64,000 nt of DNA from Mobula hypostoma (taxonomy: Eukaryota), in NCBI RefSeq assembly GCF_963921235.1, contig NC_086108.1, positions 45,014,001 to 45,078,000 on the forward strand, given 5' to 3'. This document shows positions 63,345 to 64,000 of the stretch, piece by piece. Below the pieces are notes generated by a model. That model was not told where the DNA came from, made no database searches, and saw only the letters and a list, made by a program, of their open reading frames with translations. Positions within the stretch are counted from its first letter, which is position 1; every line of letters begins with the position of its first letter. The position numbers and the translations under genes are program-made.

Positions 63345-63885
63345 ATGTCAGAGGTATGGTTTTTTTTTACACACGGAGTGGTAGATGTATGGAATGTGTT
63401 GCCAGGGGTGATGATAGAGACTGATGCATTAGGGACATTTAAAAGACTCTTAGATAGGCACGTGGATGAAAGAAAAATGGAGGGCTATGTGGGAGGGAAA
63501 GGTTAGATTGATTTTAGAGTAGATGTGAAGGTTGGTACAACATCATGGGCCAAAGGGCCTGTACTGTATTGTTCTATGCTCCATAAAAGCACAAAACTAA
63601 GTTGGAAAGGGTAATACAGCAGAAGTGACAAAGAATGAAAGAACAATATATCAGGAGTAACACGTAATATGTAACCTAGCACTGATGACCCAACATTGTT
63701 AAAGACTGGAGGTCAGGTCATTGGGTGTATTTAAGGCAGAGATTGACAAGTTATTGATGGTAAGGTGGGTTAAGGGTTACAGGGAGAACATGAGAGGAAG
63801 AAAATCAGCGTTATTGAATGGTGGAGTGGACTTGATGGACTGATTAGCCTAACTCCGCTCCTATATCTTATGGTCTTATGGTCTC
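63345..63885 (+). mobile_element. Two short CR1 3' ends (about 63345-63585 and 63700-63885)
   Basis: tggaatgtgttgccaggg...gggccaaagggcctgtactgt; gcctaactccgctcctatatcttatggtcttatggtct. Confidence 0.85.
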
Positions 63886-63944
63886 AACATGTGTAAACCA
63901 GTGTTACTTTCACTGTCCTCATACGTTACTACAGTGTTTTATAA

Positions 63945-64000
63945 AACCAAAGCACAGAACGCTGGGAATACTCAACAGGTTAAGTAGCATCTATGAAGAG
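63945..64000 (-). mobile_element. Start of another Penelope-derived pseudo-LTR copy (runs off the window)
   Basis: gctgggaatactcaacaggttaagtagcatctatg matches the family at 3102 and 16960. Confidence 0.6.

Overview
Eukaryotic, AT-rich vertebrate DNA, most likely from a cartilaginous fish (shark or ray). That assignment rests on the repeat content: abundant HER1-type CR1 LINEs, HE1-type V-SINEs, SacSINE1-type Deu-SINEs and Penelope-derived short repeats. The window looks like the inside of a gene with very long introns. I can support only one plausible coding exon (3593-3677, + strand, gene not recognised). Most of the rest is decayed or nested transposable elements: about 25 CR1 fragments, a full-length but dead RTE LINE, a near full-length L2, several Rex1/Babar fragments, a Penelope-like element with inverted arms, hAT and PIF/Harbinger DNA transposon remnants, a Gypsy-type LTR with PBS, and a 35-bp minisatellite. 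Repeat-poor stretches resemble conserved enhancers. The most interesting structure is a set of minimal hammerhead-ribozyme motifs in two Penelope-related families, including 80-140 bp mini-insertions bounded by 10-13 bp target-site duplications (TSDs). Also notable are multi-level nested insertions and a bipartite RTE-derived SINE. There is no prokaryotic system, CRISPR array or intact autonomous element. Family names come from recognising motifs by eye, not from database searches, and the boundaries of old elements are approximate.
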